Counted from the first letter of the stretch, positions 16,000-29,089 are shown. The stretch: 64,000 nt of DNA from Octopus vulgaris (GCA_951406725.2 OX597830.1:35712001-35776000), one strand, 5' to 3'. A program made the numbers and translations. Notes: a model not told the origin generated them from the letters alone.

Positions 16000-16500
16000 G
16001 ATACACAGTACCAGCAGCTATGCAAAGGTTTCCTTACTGCAGTGATGTTGCAGTTGATATCCAAAAAGTTATTGGTAACCTACTGACATGTAGCATTTCT
16101 AGAAGGATGAATCGAAGAATCATTGACTCTTCTTGAGATCTGGGTAATTGTTAGAGAAAGTGGAGAAAGATATCGTTAAACCAGATTTAGGCCAGAAACC
16201 CAGCCCGAATACCTTCCACAGCGTGCACCCTACAAAATTCACGCAAGACGCAGTCATTACGTTAAAATAAGTCAATTGTTTGTATTTTATTTGCAGTCTT
16301 GTGTGGTTTCCGTTCTCTACAGCTGATGCCATCTTTCTCCAAATAAAATGTTGTAATTCGATGCTATCACACAGAAATAGTTCTATGATATTAAAAATGT
16401 TTCATTACTTTTCACTGCTGATTTTAATTCTTCCAGACTACTATTCTCTCTGCTCTACAAAATTAGAACGTAACGACCAATATTATTCGTCTGATTAGTT
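16000..16500 (-). pseudogene. Possible hAT (Charlie-like) transposase C-terminal remnant
   Basis: LGFWPK..NNYPDLKKS resembles FWxKxxxxYPxLxKxA; heavily degraded. Confidence 0.25.
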
Positions 16501-17239
16501 CAAAAAAATCTTTTATGATACGATGCACAATGCAATATACATGATGATGATGGATATATTCAAAGCCGTGTTGAACTCTGTTACATATACATAAACTTCA
16601 ATATCTGTCACTTTCTTTAAAACTGTGCAGTGTGACTTGAGCGACATTTGACCGCTCGCCCCAACAGATGAAAAATTTTAGTCGAATGAATCTACCTCAG
16701 TACATTTCATATTTAAGCATGGTATGTATTTTATCGGTGCCTTTTGCCAAGGACACAACGCGTCTCTCGAAACTAGAATCGCACTGATGACATCCTGATC
16801 ACGAATCCACTTATCTAATCATTAGGCCATGCGTCTTCATATTGTAGTACAGTAGGATATGCTGGTGCCAGCATTTTCTAATTCCTAATGAATGTTAGGT
16901 ACTGAAACAAAGAAACCACAGAATATATATAAAATATCTGCATCTTTATATGTTTCAACATATGCAACATTGACTTACGTATTTGTATTTCAAGATTTCA
17001 TTTTTCTCAATTGTGAAAATACATAACCTCCACAGACCCACGTATTTGACAATATGGTACCCACTACGCACATTCTACTCGCTTAAGAAAGTAAAGATAA
17101 AATGGAGAATCTAGTCCATTGTCTGAATAAGCAAAGACTAAACAGTCGTGATCTAGTGCTAAACAGTAACAGTTAAAACAATGCTGCGAACATATGTTAA
17201 TATAGATACTGAAATCAACCAATGTAATACCAATGTTTG

Positions 17240-17430
17240 TTCTACGGAGTTTGTTAGCATCTGTCAGCTTTGATTTATACATTTCATGGATTTTTTAAAT
17301 TGTGGAGATACACCGCAAAAAAATTATTCAGAATGAATTAATTTCTGTTGCGGCAGAGAGAGAAGATCTCTGACTCAAGCAGTGAAAGTCTTTGTTGTTA
17401 GTCGTCTGTAGCGTTTTCCTCCATGTAGTT
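17240..17430 (-). pseudogene. Possible hAT dimerisation-domain remnant
   Basis: TWRK..NNKDFHCLSQ..LSAATEINSF*IIF and, in another frame, VRDLLSLP resemble WxxNxxxFPxLSxLARDLLSIPATSVxSERIFS. Confidence 0.35.
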
Positions 17431-17539
17431 AGAATAAATTAGTAGTAACTAACAACTCACGCAAGTTGTCAGTTATTTCGAGTGGAAAAACCGCCTTCCA
17501 AATGACCATACCCCTACCAAGCAGTAAATACCAACTTAA

Positions 17540-17748
17540 GGCGGCGAGCTGGCAGAAACGTTAGCACGCCGGGCGTCGCCGTATTTCGTCTACCGTTACG
17601 TTCTGAGTTCAAATTCCGCCGAAGTCGACTTTGCCTTTCATCCTTTCGGGGTCGATAAATTAAGTACCAGTTACGCACTGGGATCGATGTAACCGACTTA
17701 ATCCGTTTGTCTGTCCTTGTTTGTCCCCTTGTGGGTAGTAAAGAAATA
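17540..17748 (+). mobile_element. SINE family B copy with 17-bp target-site duplication
   Basis: Head GGCGGCGAGCTGGCAGAAACG, B box GAGTTCAAATTCC; flanked by AGTAAATACC(A/G)ACTTAA at 17523-17539 and 17749-17765. Confidence 0.9.
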
Positions 17749-17979
17749 AGTAAATACCGACTTAACCGGGATTTTCTCTGTAGAAGACATTCATATTCGT
17801 ATTCATTTAAAAGCATTATATCATGAGAACATTTGAGTCGTTGTTTCCTAAATAAATATATACGCTACTACATATGTTGAGCCCTCTTTCTTTCGTTTGT
17901 TGCAAAGAAAATATATATATAATTACTATTTATAAATCTTTCAACGAGAGACATTCAGTAACAGTACTCTAGAGTAAAG

Positions 17980-18200
<221 letters not shown>

Positions 18201-18634
18201 CACATATATATAAATGAATGTATTTATGTATGTGTGTATGACGCTATATATATGTAAGCATGTAAATATGTATGTAATTATACCACTGTATGACTATCGA
18301 CTACCGCATGTCACAAGTCGCTTTCGCGCATTTTTTGAATTTTGCATGACGCCATCCCATTGGTTAGACGGCTAGGCCGACACTCCTCTTGAACGGAACG
18401 CTAGTCTGCCAGAGAGTTACGCGTTTTCAACAGTAAATTAAGTGTTTTGCTCAAGAACACATCACCGTTCTGAGAATCGAACACACAACCTTGCGATCGT
18501 GAGTGCCACACCTAAACCTCTCGGCCATCTGCATATAAATGTGAACTAATAGCGTATTAACAGTGTTTTCGTTCAATGCGATTCAATACTACAAAATATC
18601 TCAATAGATATATTCTTTAGTACAGTATAATAAA

Positions 18635-18875
18635 GTGTATGCGCGTGGCTTAGTGGTTAGGGTGTCAGCATCATGATCGTAAAATTGTGGTTTCGATTCC
18701 TGGACCGGGCGATGCGTTGTGTTTTCGAGCAAAACACTTCATTTCTCGTTGCTGCACTCAGCTGGCAAAAATGAGTAACGCTGCAATGGACTGGCGTCCC
18801 GTCTAGCTGGGGAACACATACGCCATTGAAACCGGGAAACCGGGCCCATGAGCCTGGTTAGGTTTTAAAAGGGCG
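18635..18875 (+). mobile_element. tRNA-headed CORE-like SINE with V-domain-like tail
   Basis: A box TGGCTTAGTGG, B box GTTTCGATTCC, CORE-like GCGTTGTGTTTTCGAGCAAAACACTT, tail ATGGACTGGCGTCCCGTC..GGCCCATGAGCCTGG. Confidence 0.8.
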
Positions 18876-18876
18876 A

Positions 18877-19166
18877 GTGGAGGCGCAATGGCCTAGTGGT
18901 TAGAGCAACAGAATCGCGGTCGGAGGATCGTGGTTTCGATTCCCAGACCGGGCGTTGTGTATGTTTATTGAGTGAAAACACCTAAAAAGCCCCATGAGGC
19001 TCCTGCAGGAGGCCCCAACTTTCTCTAACTCTTTCTTCCTGTTTCTTGGGTAACGCTGCAATGGACTGGTGTCCTGTCCAGATGAGGGCTACACATACGC
19101 CACAGAAAACGAGAAACTGGACCCATGAGCCTGGTGGTTAGGCTTGAAAAGGGCGCTTGAATAATA
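18877..19166 (+). mobile_element. SINE family C (tRNA-derived head)
   Basis: GTGGAGGCGCAATGGCCTAGTGGTTAG..GTTTCGATTCCCAGACCGGG; homologous to 24856 and 62478. Confidence 0.8.
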
Positions 19167-20282
19167 ACAGTATAACAAAACTGTTAACGCGCCAATACTG
19201 TATCAACAGGACTAGCTGCCAAGAATACATGATATATGCAAATCAGGCTCTACTACTTACTTAATCCATTACTGATTAGTGGGTTTATAATCCCTGCCTC
19301 TGTAGACAATTAAGGAGTGTAGCAGGTCATTGATGAAGTCCGAAGATACAACGGAAACGTACCGACTCTGCTTTCTTTTTCTCTTCACTGCGATATCATA
19401 TGTAAAGATAAAACCTTTGTATCTGCCGTTACATACGGTGCTGACTGCACACTGTAAATACTACAGATATCTTCTAAATTACAGCAGAAAAATGAATATG
19501 TGTGTGTGTGTTTGTGTGTGTGTGTGTATGTGTCTGCGTGTGTGCGTGTGGTGTGTATGTGCAAGTAAATGTATGTATGTATACGGATATTTGTATATGT
19601 TTATAGGTAATATATATATTCGTAAATACGTACACACACGCTCATAGGATTACACATAGATATAGATACGTGTGTGTAAGTGTGCCTCTCTGTGTGTGCC
19701 TCTGTGTATGTGCTTCTGTGTATTGTGGGTGTATACCTATACGCAAGAACCTACACACGAAGCATTTTAAAATTCGCTGCTAACGTCATAAGAATTACTT
19801 AGTTATTTCATTTATTATACTTTTGTCATTTTTATCTATCACTTTATTTATTTATCCATTTATTTATATTTTTTTCCTAGCAGATCTCCGGTATGTCTTA
19901 TTGAAAATGCAATTTAGCAGTTTTCCAAGTGAAAGTCTGCAAGAATGTATGTTTGGAGATTGGCGAGTTGAAGGTAATTTTGCTTCTGTTTACCTTCTTT
20001 TCATTTTCTCCAAGATTAATTTATTCGGGTGAGTTTAATCAAAGAAGTAAATTGCTTTTATTTCACTAGAAAATTAATTTTCTACATTTAGAACAGAAAC
20101 AGAGTACTGAAAGATATCCTTTCAAACATTATCTATCTATCAATCGATCGATCAGTCTCTCACTATGCCTCTCTATTTGTCCGTCCGCCTTTCTGTCTAT
20201 TTATTTATCTACGTAGCTATCTATCTATCATTCCATCTATCTATTTATATACACACACACACATACATACCTATCTGTCTAT

Positions 20283-20340
<58 letters not shown>

Positions 20341-20490
20341 GTATGTATATGTATATAAGTAAATGCACGTATATAGATACACACATGTATATATGACTAT
20401 TTTTATATGAACGCACACATATTGTTACACAAATAATATAATACAACTTTCCTTCTTTCCGTTCTCTCTGTCTCTCTGTAAATATATATA

Positions 20491-20523
<33 letters not shown>

Positions 20524-20832
20524 TCAGACATATATGTGTGTGTTTGTATGCAGTATGAGTGTATAATTATCCAGCATGTGTATGAATATATGTTACATTT
20601 TTCCTTCTCATTATATTAACACTATTCGCCATACTATCTCCCATTGCATCTCCCGTGTTGTTTTCTTTGGAAATTAGTATGTGTGTATTTGAACACACAC
20701 ACACACATACATATATACATGGGCATAAATATGCGTTGTGTACAAATACACACGCACAACAAACACAGCTACACAAACATATATATATATATAATATATT
20801 CATCACACATCAATGTGCTACTTACTTTTTCT

Positions 20833-20876
<44 letters not shown>

Positions 20877-21085
20877 GTGTGAGCATTTTTAAAGGGGGGA
20901 GCATAAAACGACTTAAGTAAACGCACAATAACATTTTATTTATGATGATTATAATTATGTTGGTACAAAAATAGTTTTGTAATTATATATACCATATATC
21001 TCAGTAAAATACATATATATCTTTGTGTGTTCGCTTGTGTGTATGTATGCATACGTGTGTGTGTGTGCGCGCGCGTGTGTGTGTG

Positions 21086-21362
21086 AAGACGCATGGCCCA
21101 GTGGTTAGATGGTCGGTCTTATAATCATGATGTTTTGGGTTTGGTTCCCCGGACTGTGCTGTGTGTTAATGTTCTTTTCACGTTGCCCCAGTTGACTCAG
21201 CTGTAGAAATGAGTCGCGAAGTCGCTGGTGCCAAGTTGTATCGTCCTTTGCATTTCTCTTGGACAACGACGTTGGCTGGTATGCTTGGACGACTACTGGT
21301 CTTCCACAAACAATTTTGCCCGGACTTGAACATCGAAATGGAACTTTCTAGCTGCAATCATT
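21086..21362 (+). mobile_element. SINE family D copy, degraded
   Basis: A box TGGCCCAGTGG; body homologous to 2560-2884. Confidence 0.65.
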
Positions 21363-21417
21363 GTAACGGAAGGAGATTTTATATATATATAAATATATAT
21401 ATATACACATGCATATA

Positions 21418-21690
21418 CTGACCCCTCCAAAAATGTATACAACTCATTTTACCAGTTGGTCATCCAATTTTTACTTCCTTTTAGATTTTATCCATTAGAA
21501 ATATAATAAGGAGCAAGACTAAGCTTTGAACAAAGGGAATTTATTCAAATATGTTACTGGAAGTTTGGAAATGCAGTCGAAGAGTAAAGATAGTTTAGGA
21601 AAATGTTTCAAACAGATTCATCTACGGAACGTACGATCACTCGCATTAAAGATAAGTTTGAAGCAGATGTAATTGTTCAGAATGTCCAGC
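21418..21690 (+). pseudogene. Tc1/mariner-like (DUF4817-type) transposase N-terminal remnant
   Basis: GARLSFEQREFIQICYWKFGNAVEE*R*FR, then after a frameshift TERTITRIKDKFEADVIVQNV. Confidence 0.65.
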
Positions 21691-22020
21691 GGAGGGATTG
21701 TTTTGCCGTTGAGAGTTTCACTCTGCCATCTCGAATCACGTAGCTTTCGTTTCAGTTACACTGCGTGATGTCTTTGTTGTAGAGTCTCGAGTTAGCCAAT
21801 GTCTTGAGCAGTGATTTTCAACCATTCTTTTTTTAACTTATAGACCATGTTTTACTTGGGTAGACTTCATACTCATTCGATATTGAAAAGACCATATTTT
21901 TATCACAAGCAAATTAGCTACTTAAGAAAATCTCAATTTATTGCAAGCAAAGGTGTGAACCTCTACCTTCTTCTAGCCACAAGACCACCAGACCGCATGT
22001 AAAGCAGTAAATGAACTGCG

Positions 22021-22598
22021 AAGTAATGTTTATCGCCATTTAAACATGTCTGTTCTGCTGCAACTGACATTACTGTTATTTTAATCCCAGGAGGACGCCA
22101 CCTCCAGCTGGTTATTCGATGCAATCTGCACCCGAAATATAATTGTAAGCAGGGGGAGGCAATCAGACAGCACGGTTTCGACCTCTTTGTGGTCATCCTT
22201 GGTGGTAGATACTCGTTCGCTAGAGACAGCAATAGTTCACTCCAGCTCGCAATGTTTAGGGATCAAGTGACACACAGTCACTGATCTTGCAACAAGCAAA
22301 TTGGCTAGTTAAAAATCTCTACAAGAGACACAAACAGTAGTTACACTGATAATTAATGTTTATCGCGACTTAGCGGTCGAGTATCTACCACCGAGGGTGA
22401 GCACAAAGAGGTCGAAACCATGCGGTCTGGTGGTCTTGTGGCTAAAAGAAGGTAGAGCTTCACTCTTTTGCTTGCAATATATATTGGATGCAGATTGCAT
22501 CGAATAACCAGCTGGAGGAGGCGTTCTCCTGGGATTAAAATAGCAGCAGTGTCGGTTCCTACAGAACAGCAATGTTTGAGTGGCGATAAACATTACTT
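22021..22598. mobile_element. Inverted pair of Penelope-like terminal repeats (family H2), each arm with a hammerhead-like motif
   Basis: 22021-22225 is an imperfect reverse complement of about 22370-22598; motifs at 22160-22208 (-) and 22385-22433 (+). Confidence 0.7.
22385..22433 (+). ncRNA. Type I hammerhead ribozyme-like motif (variant core)
   Basis: Stem I CTACCA/TGGTGG; core CCGAGGG+T; stem II GAGC/GGTC; GAAACC-atgc-GGTC with a GUC cleavage triplet. Confidence 0.55.
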
Positions 22599-22676
22599 TA
22601 TATTTTTATAATTAAATATTATTAGGAGTTTTATAAAAAAGAATTGCTAAAATAATCTGTGATTAATATAGAAGTA

Positions 22677-22927
22677 CAGTGCGTTCAAAAAGTCTCTCCG
22701 CTAAAAGACGCAATCATAACCTTCACACGGCGTCAGACTCTCCAAGATGTATTTCAGAACATGTGTAGAAGAGTCAACGTATGTATTGAAAATGAAGGAC
22801 GACACTTTCAACACCTCTAATAAAGTTTTTAAAGTCTTGTAAAGTCTAATATATTCTTTTGTAGTCTTATACCATCTTGTATATATTTTACAATAAAATA
22901 CAGCAGAGAGGCGTTTTGAACACCCTG
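22677..22927 (+). mobile_element. Internally deleted Tc1/mariner element (MITE-like) with TA TSD
   Basis: TA|CAGTGCGTTCAAAAAGTCTCTCCGCT ... AGCAGAGAGGCGTTTTGAACACCCTG|TA; retains transposase C-terminus RQTLQDVFQNMCRRVNVCIENEGRHFQHL*. Confidence 0.8.
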
Positions 22928-23570
22928 TATAATCAATTTATTACACATAAGCACATAAATTTTAACAATATCTTGTATGGACCTATGTTTAGAACCATTG
23001 GTCTTTAGAGCGAAATTTTGGTTGGATGAAACGGTTTCGAAACCGGGTCTATGATTATGCGTGTGATAGAAACAGAGGAAGTACATGTGCGTATACTTGT
23101 GGGTATATATGTATAATTTTGTGTGTGTGTGTGTGTGTGTGTGCCTCAATGATCCGATGTGATCCGATATAAATGCAAGCGAATGAATCCCGGTCAGCGT
23201 GCTGAAAAAAAATATGTTTAAGTGTATAATAACGCAGACGACAGAATAACATGAGAAAAAAGTTGTATGATACCGGCGCTGAATGGGAAGAAAAACGACG
23301 TATGGGAATTATTTGTCCTTCATTGGACAGAATAAAGACAAAGGGGAAGGAAGACGAAAACCTGAAAATAACTGCCATGTCTGTTATTTTCTCTCTCTTT
23401 TCATTTTTTCTCATTTCCCTTTTTACTTTCCTGTTCAGATGAAAGACAAATATGTTCGAGACATCAAACATTCTCCCGCTCATTGAGCTTCAGTTTGTCT
23501 CCTACTCCTGTCATTATACACATAAGAATATACACACACCTGTGCTTGTGTTTCTATTTACATACACACG

Positions 23571-23602
<32 letters not shown>

Positions 23603-23667
23603 CATAAAAACATATATATATATATGTAAGAACAGTGAATGTTTGTATATGTATATGTGTATGCTTA

Positions 23668-23860
23668 CAGGGTACCTCCAAAATATGGATGCATAATTTA
23701 GAAGCTGGTAGCTCATTTGATTCCATTTCTTTTTAAATGTAACTCATTAGAAATAATGAAAGGAGTTAACTAAACTATGCACAAACGAAATATATCCTAA
23801 AGTACTGCTAGATGTTTGAGAACGCAGCCGAGGTACAGTAATAGTTTCGGAGGTACAGTG
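23668..23860 (+). pseudogene. Second Tc1/mariner-like (DUF4817-type) 5' remnant
   Basis: Starts TA|CAGGGT; LNYAQTKYILKYC*MFENAAEVQ**FRR is homologous to the 21418 copy. Confidence 0.55.
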
Positions 23861-24232
23861 ATTGTATTGAACAGAGTGAAAGAGTTTTCAACACCGCATT
23901 TGGTATTCTCATCGAAAATCAAACTGATGCGAACATTCCCGAGTGAATCGTTCAAAAATTGTGAAGGTCTTCCCGCATAAAACCATTGGTTTTTCTCGTT
24001 AAACTCAATCTTCACAGGTCTGTGTGTGTTTGTTCGTGTGCGTCTATATATAGCGGAAAGGAGAATCGAAATCAGAACCACATGGATGCGAAGTGAACTT
24101 TTAACCAGCGCAGCCATAACTTTGGATATCATCACCATCGTTATTGCCGTTGTTATCATCAAGACCATGATCGTGATGTTATCGTGATCATCATCATCAT
24201 CATCAGTAGCAACATCACCTTCATCATCATCA

Positions 24233-24263
<31 letters not shown>

Positions 24264-24855
24264 CTTCTTCTTCTTCTTCTTCTTCTTCTTCTTCTTCATC
24301 ATCATCATCATCATCATCACCATCATCGGGTAAAGTCGTGAAACACGATGTCTATAGTCATAACTGTCTGAATCATTTAATCATTATTTCGCGATATCAA
24401 ATGCTCTCTTTGCTGTATGTTGGCATGTCTTACTGCCGCCTTTCATGGCTTTTATTTCTGTTCATTTATTATTTTTTCTTCTTTTTACCCTTTTTGTTTT
24501 ATGGACGTTCTCTCTCTCTCTTTTACTATCGCTATTACTTGCCAAGACGTTACTGCCAACATCACGATCACCACCAATACCACCACCACCACCAAAACCA
24601 TCACCACCACCAATACCATCACCACCAACAACAACCACGCCACCACCATTAGTTTGGTTAACACGTACCTCGCCTTTAACATCACCTTGATGTTCACCAC
24701 CACCTCTACCACCACCACCTCTACCACCACCACTACGACCGTCACTATCATTACGACCATGACTATATGAGCCCGCTAACACACCTTTCAGCATAGCTCT
24801 GATCCATAAAGGCAGATCTGAGTTTAAACAACAGCAACAACAATAACAACATCAT

Positions 24856-25340
24856 TGGAGGTGCAATGGCCCAGTGGTTGGGGCAGCGGACTCACGGTCG
24901 TAAGAACGCGGTTTCGATTTCCAGACAGGGCATTGTGAGTGTTTATTGAGCAAAAACACCTATGCTCCACGAGGCTCCGACGGGGTGGGGGGGTCCCACT
25001 GTACTCTTTCACCACAACTTCCTCTCACTCTTTCTTCCTACTTCTGCCACAAAGCAGAGGAACCATGGTGTAACCCACTATGGTGTGGCAAACTTTCAGA
25101 CCCTAGTCTAGATTGCGAATCCTCTGTACCCCAGGATGGTTCAGCTCTTCACCCGTTAAAAGCCACCGTTTACGGAATGAGGATAACAACGTAGCTTTCG
25201 CGCCCGTGCAACCGCCAGTCTATCGCGTGTGGTGGGTGGATCTTCAAATTGCCACACGCATTCTTAGTAGCTTAGAGTAGGCTCGAATTAAAGATTATTC
25301 TTTGTGGCTAATGGCGTGAGTCCTGATTGGAAAAAGAAGA
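24856..25340 (+). mobile_element. SINE family C head and body with a different 3' part
   Basis: Head TGGAGGTGCAATGGCCCAGTGG..GTTTCGATTTCC; matches 18877 and 62478 up to about 25040, then diverges and ends in (GAA)n. Confidence 0.7.
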
Positions 25341-25349
25341 AGAACACAA

Positions 25350-25970
25350 GACAAAATGCTTAACGTTCTGTGTTCAAATCCCATCGAGGTCGACTTTACT
25401 TTTCATCCTTTTAGGTTTCGATGAAATAAGGACCAGGGGAGTACTGAGGTCGATGAAATAAGGACCAAGCGTACACTGGGGTCGATGTAATCAGGTTACC
25501 ACTACCACACACCTGAAATTGCTAATCTTGTACCAAAATTTTAAACATTATTAAATGCTAGGATGGCGGTGAGATGGCTGGAGAGTTAATACTCAGAATG
25601 AAATGCTTGGTGGGGTTTCGTTTGCCTACGTTCTGAGTTCAAATTCCGCCGAAGTCGACTCTGCTTTTCGTCCTTTCGGAATCGACAAAATAAGTACCAG
25701 TAGAGCAGTGGTATTGATAAAATAGACTTACCCCATGCCCTAAAATTGCTAACCTTGTGTCTGAAGTAGAAAGATTATTAAATGCTTGGCTTAGCACACC
25801 AGGCAAAATGCTTTGCGGCATTTTAATCCTTCTTTACGTTCCGAGTTCAAATTCCGCCTAAGTCGACTTTACCTTTCGTTCTTTCGGGGGTCTATAAACT
25901 ACGTAGCAGTCAAGAACTAGGGTAGATTTAATCAACGTCTGGCCCTCTGCCAAAATCTAAAACCATTATT
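25350..25970 (+). mobile_element. Three tandem degraded SINE family B copies
   Basis: GTTCAAAT(T/C)CC..GTCGACT..TTTCRTYCTTT occurs near 25373, 25637 and 25845. Confidence 0.75.
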
Positions 25971-26229
25971 AATGTTCGATATGTTAATTTCAAAATACAC
26001 TTTTCATTTCTTTTAAGGTTCCAATGAAGACATTTGAAATTCACCGATGAATCAGTCCTAGAAATTATTCTTACTAACAATTCTATAGCACCATCTTAAT
26101 TTCCTTAGCAAGGTGAATCGCAATGCTGCAGACACTTTCATTTAGGTTAATCCCAACGAAGATATACAGTTTCGAACAAAACAATAAAAAGATCAGCAAA
26201 TCTCTCTTATTTTGTCCAAAACACTCTTT

Positions 26230-26620
26230 TGCAATTTTGCAATCCCTGTAATTTTGTCACACCTACATTTGGAGACTTATAGTGCAGTCTATTCTGTTGG
26301 CAGCCATTTGATGTGGACGCAAAATTCCAGTTTATTTCTCGTTCTTTCGTCGTTTTGAACCACTGTTCAATTATGTCTCAATTTCTTCAGCAGAGTAGAT
26401 TTTAATGGGCGCAGGAATTTTGATTCAAGCTAACCACATAAAAAAAAAAATTGAAGAACCAAGCTTCCTATTTTTTTTTACTCGCAGACCATCTAAAGTA
26501 CTCTTCTATTTTTACCAATAATAGAAATTCATAACGTCACCATATAGCCATTTTAACGACTTTCGAGGCGTCTGTTTTTTGCCAGCATCACTTGGATTAG
26601 GTTTACCATCCAAGGAGAGG
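26230..26620 (-). pseudogene. Possible pogo/Tigger transposase DNA-binding remnant
   Basis: LSLDGK.., SIIGKNRRVL, AEEIET*L, QWFKTTKERE and FASTSNG resemble HTH_psq plus CENP-B-type HTH motifs; frameshifted. Confidence 0.4.
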
Positions 26621-27784
26621 CAACGGTATCTTAATACACAGATTCCTCTTGCAAAAACTCATGATGCGTAGGATTTTTTCCCTGCATTCCCTTGCCAGCC
26701 TCGTGACTCCCCTAACTTCATTAAGACATAAAAATATTTTACACCGAGTATACAAGTACACATTCCTTTTTATTGAAAATGGATAATTGTATAGAAAATA
26801 CAGTGAAAAGCAAAACGATACATAGATTACAAGACAAAAAAATTTTGAATTCTACTCAGAAACGTTTGTAAAAAAACTGTACAAAACAGTTTATCTTCAT
26901 AAATCCATTCGTCCAAAAATTCATTTCTTATTCCAATTGTCCCGTCTATATGGGAATTTGCAACAATTCAATTTAAATGAAAAAAAATACTCTTTATTAC
27001 ATACATCCACCAACCACATACACATACATTTACCTACATACACACACACACACACATACACACACACATATATATATATGGGGAAATGGCACCCTTAGAA
27101 AATTATTGATATTTTTTTAAATGCGCTTTCATTCCATTTTTGTTTAAAAATATATCAACTATTATATTCAGACTTGAAAAAAATAACGTATTTATGTTTA
27201 TTCATATCCAAAAATCAATGCTCCTGGCATAATTATCTTGTAGGTATATTTCTTTATTTTTTTCTCTCTCTTTACTTTTTTTCTTACCTTATTTTTTTTT
27301 GTATATGCATGCTTTTAATCATACTGTCAGGCAGCTTTTCCTTTCTTTCTGTTTTTTTTTTTTGTTTGTTTTTGTTTTGTACTTTTTAGCAATAACATAC
27401 ACTATAATTCGTACCATTCTTTCTGAGCTGCGGCAAATAAAGATTCATTGCTTTTAAAGTTATTGAATTCAGTTTTCACTTTAAAATTCTCGGATTGCTT
27501 TTGAAAGAATTTTAATCTGAAGACTGCCCTGCCCCACAAAACAAATTATCAGTTTCGAAAATTTGAAGAAATCTATTCATAAAAACATGGTTGAATTATC
27601 TGGATCTTTCTCTTGTTCATATTACTCCTGGTTAAGCATGACTAACCTGTTCTAAATAAACTAACATGGCTTTACTAAATGTTAAAATATGACGGGGGTC
27701 TTTAATGCTATATTTGCTGTTGTTCCTGTCGTTGTTTAGTATAGCACCAAGTCAATTTTGGTCGAGTAGTTTATAACAAAAGCT

Positions 27785-28335
27785 GGCGTGAATATGTAGT
27801 AAGAGGCTTGCTTCCCAACCACATGGTTCCGGGTTCAGCACCACTGCGTTGAACCTTGGACAAATGTCCTCTACTATATCCTCGGGCCGGTCAAAGCCCT
27901 CTGAATGGATTTGTTAAACGGAAACTGAAAGAAGCCCGTCGTATGTATATATATATATATATATATATATAAGTAAGCATGTATACATGTTTGTTTTGTG
28001 TCTTTGTTTGTCTGTCTCACCACCACATTTTGACAACCGGTGTTGGTGTGCTTACTTCCCCGTAACTTAGCGGTTCGGCCAAAGAAACAAAAGAATATGT
28101 ACTAGGCTTTAAACATTACTGCCGTTAATTTGTTCGACTAAAATACTTCAAGGTGATGCTGCAGTATGGCTGCAGTCAAGTGACTGAAAGAAGTAAAAGT
28201 TAAAAGATAGAAAAAAAATAATTAGCTTACAATTATAAACAGTTGAAAGGGATATAACTGAGAAAAATTCTATTAAAGGCGGTGCTCCAGCATGGCCGCA
28301 GTCAAATGACTGAGACAAAGAAAAGAATAAAAGAA
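27785..28335 (+). mobile_element. SINE family A copy plus extra tail fragment (28270-28335)
   Basis: CCAACCACATGGTTCCGGGTTCAG head, internal (TA)n, tail CAGTCAAGTGACTGAAA. Confidence 0.8.
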
Positions 28336-28664
28336 CCGTTCCAGGTATTTTGTTTTTTAAATTACGGAATACATAAGATCACATTAACTTATATATATCT
28401 TTCCTTTTCTTAAAACAACACAAAGCCAGTTGAAGTACTTCTACTTGGTATTTCTAGCTATTGGTGCTGCTGCGTAGAGACTTCTCCGTCGACACAATAT
28501 AATTTGTGAATCTATGTTACAGTGACACCGTCACTAAAATGAACGACTTGGCCAACATCTTAATGATATAAAAGGAAACCCAGGCTATTTGAACACCGTC
28601 TCCAAGTCATATTGTCGGAGATAGACGGTCTTGCAGGAATTTATCAGGCAGAGGTGGAGGTTTC

Positions 28665-28829
28665 AAATTTTGGCTCAAGAGCCGCACTTTGGAGTGGAGC
28701 AGATACTCAACTGGCACTTATTTTATCGACCCCGAAAGGATGAAAGGCAAAGGTGACCGAGATGGAATTTGAACTCAGAACGTAAAAATGGACGAAATGC
28801 CGCTTAATGATTTTGCCAGCTCGCCGTCT
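28665..28829 (-). mobile_element. SINE family B copy
   Basis: TTTATCGACCCCGAAAGGATGAAAGGC..GGAATTTGAACTCAGAACGT. Confidence 0.75.
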
Positions 28830-28916
28830 TGTGAAGAGGTAATATTTAGAAAGAAAGTGATGTTCTCTTGTTTGTAAACATCGAGAAATTACTTTCTGCA
28901 AGCAAAGTAATTCACC

Positions 28917-28955
<39 letters not shown>

Positions 28956-29089
28956 GCGCATTCTCCCCCCCTCTCTATCTATCTCTTTCACTCGCGCGAG
29001 CTCTCTCTCTTTCCTCCTCTCACCATCTCTCAGCAACGATGGCTTTCAAGAACAAGCCCTACTGCAAAATTCTGAATTCATTTCAAATT

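Noticed and set aside
22975-23055. GGATGAA..GAAACCGGGTC hammerhead-like string
   Set aside because: No stem II or stem I pairing.
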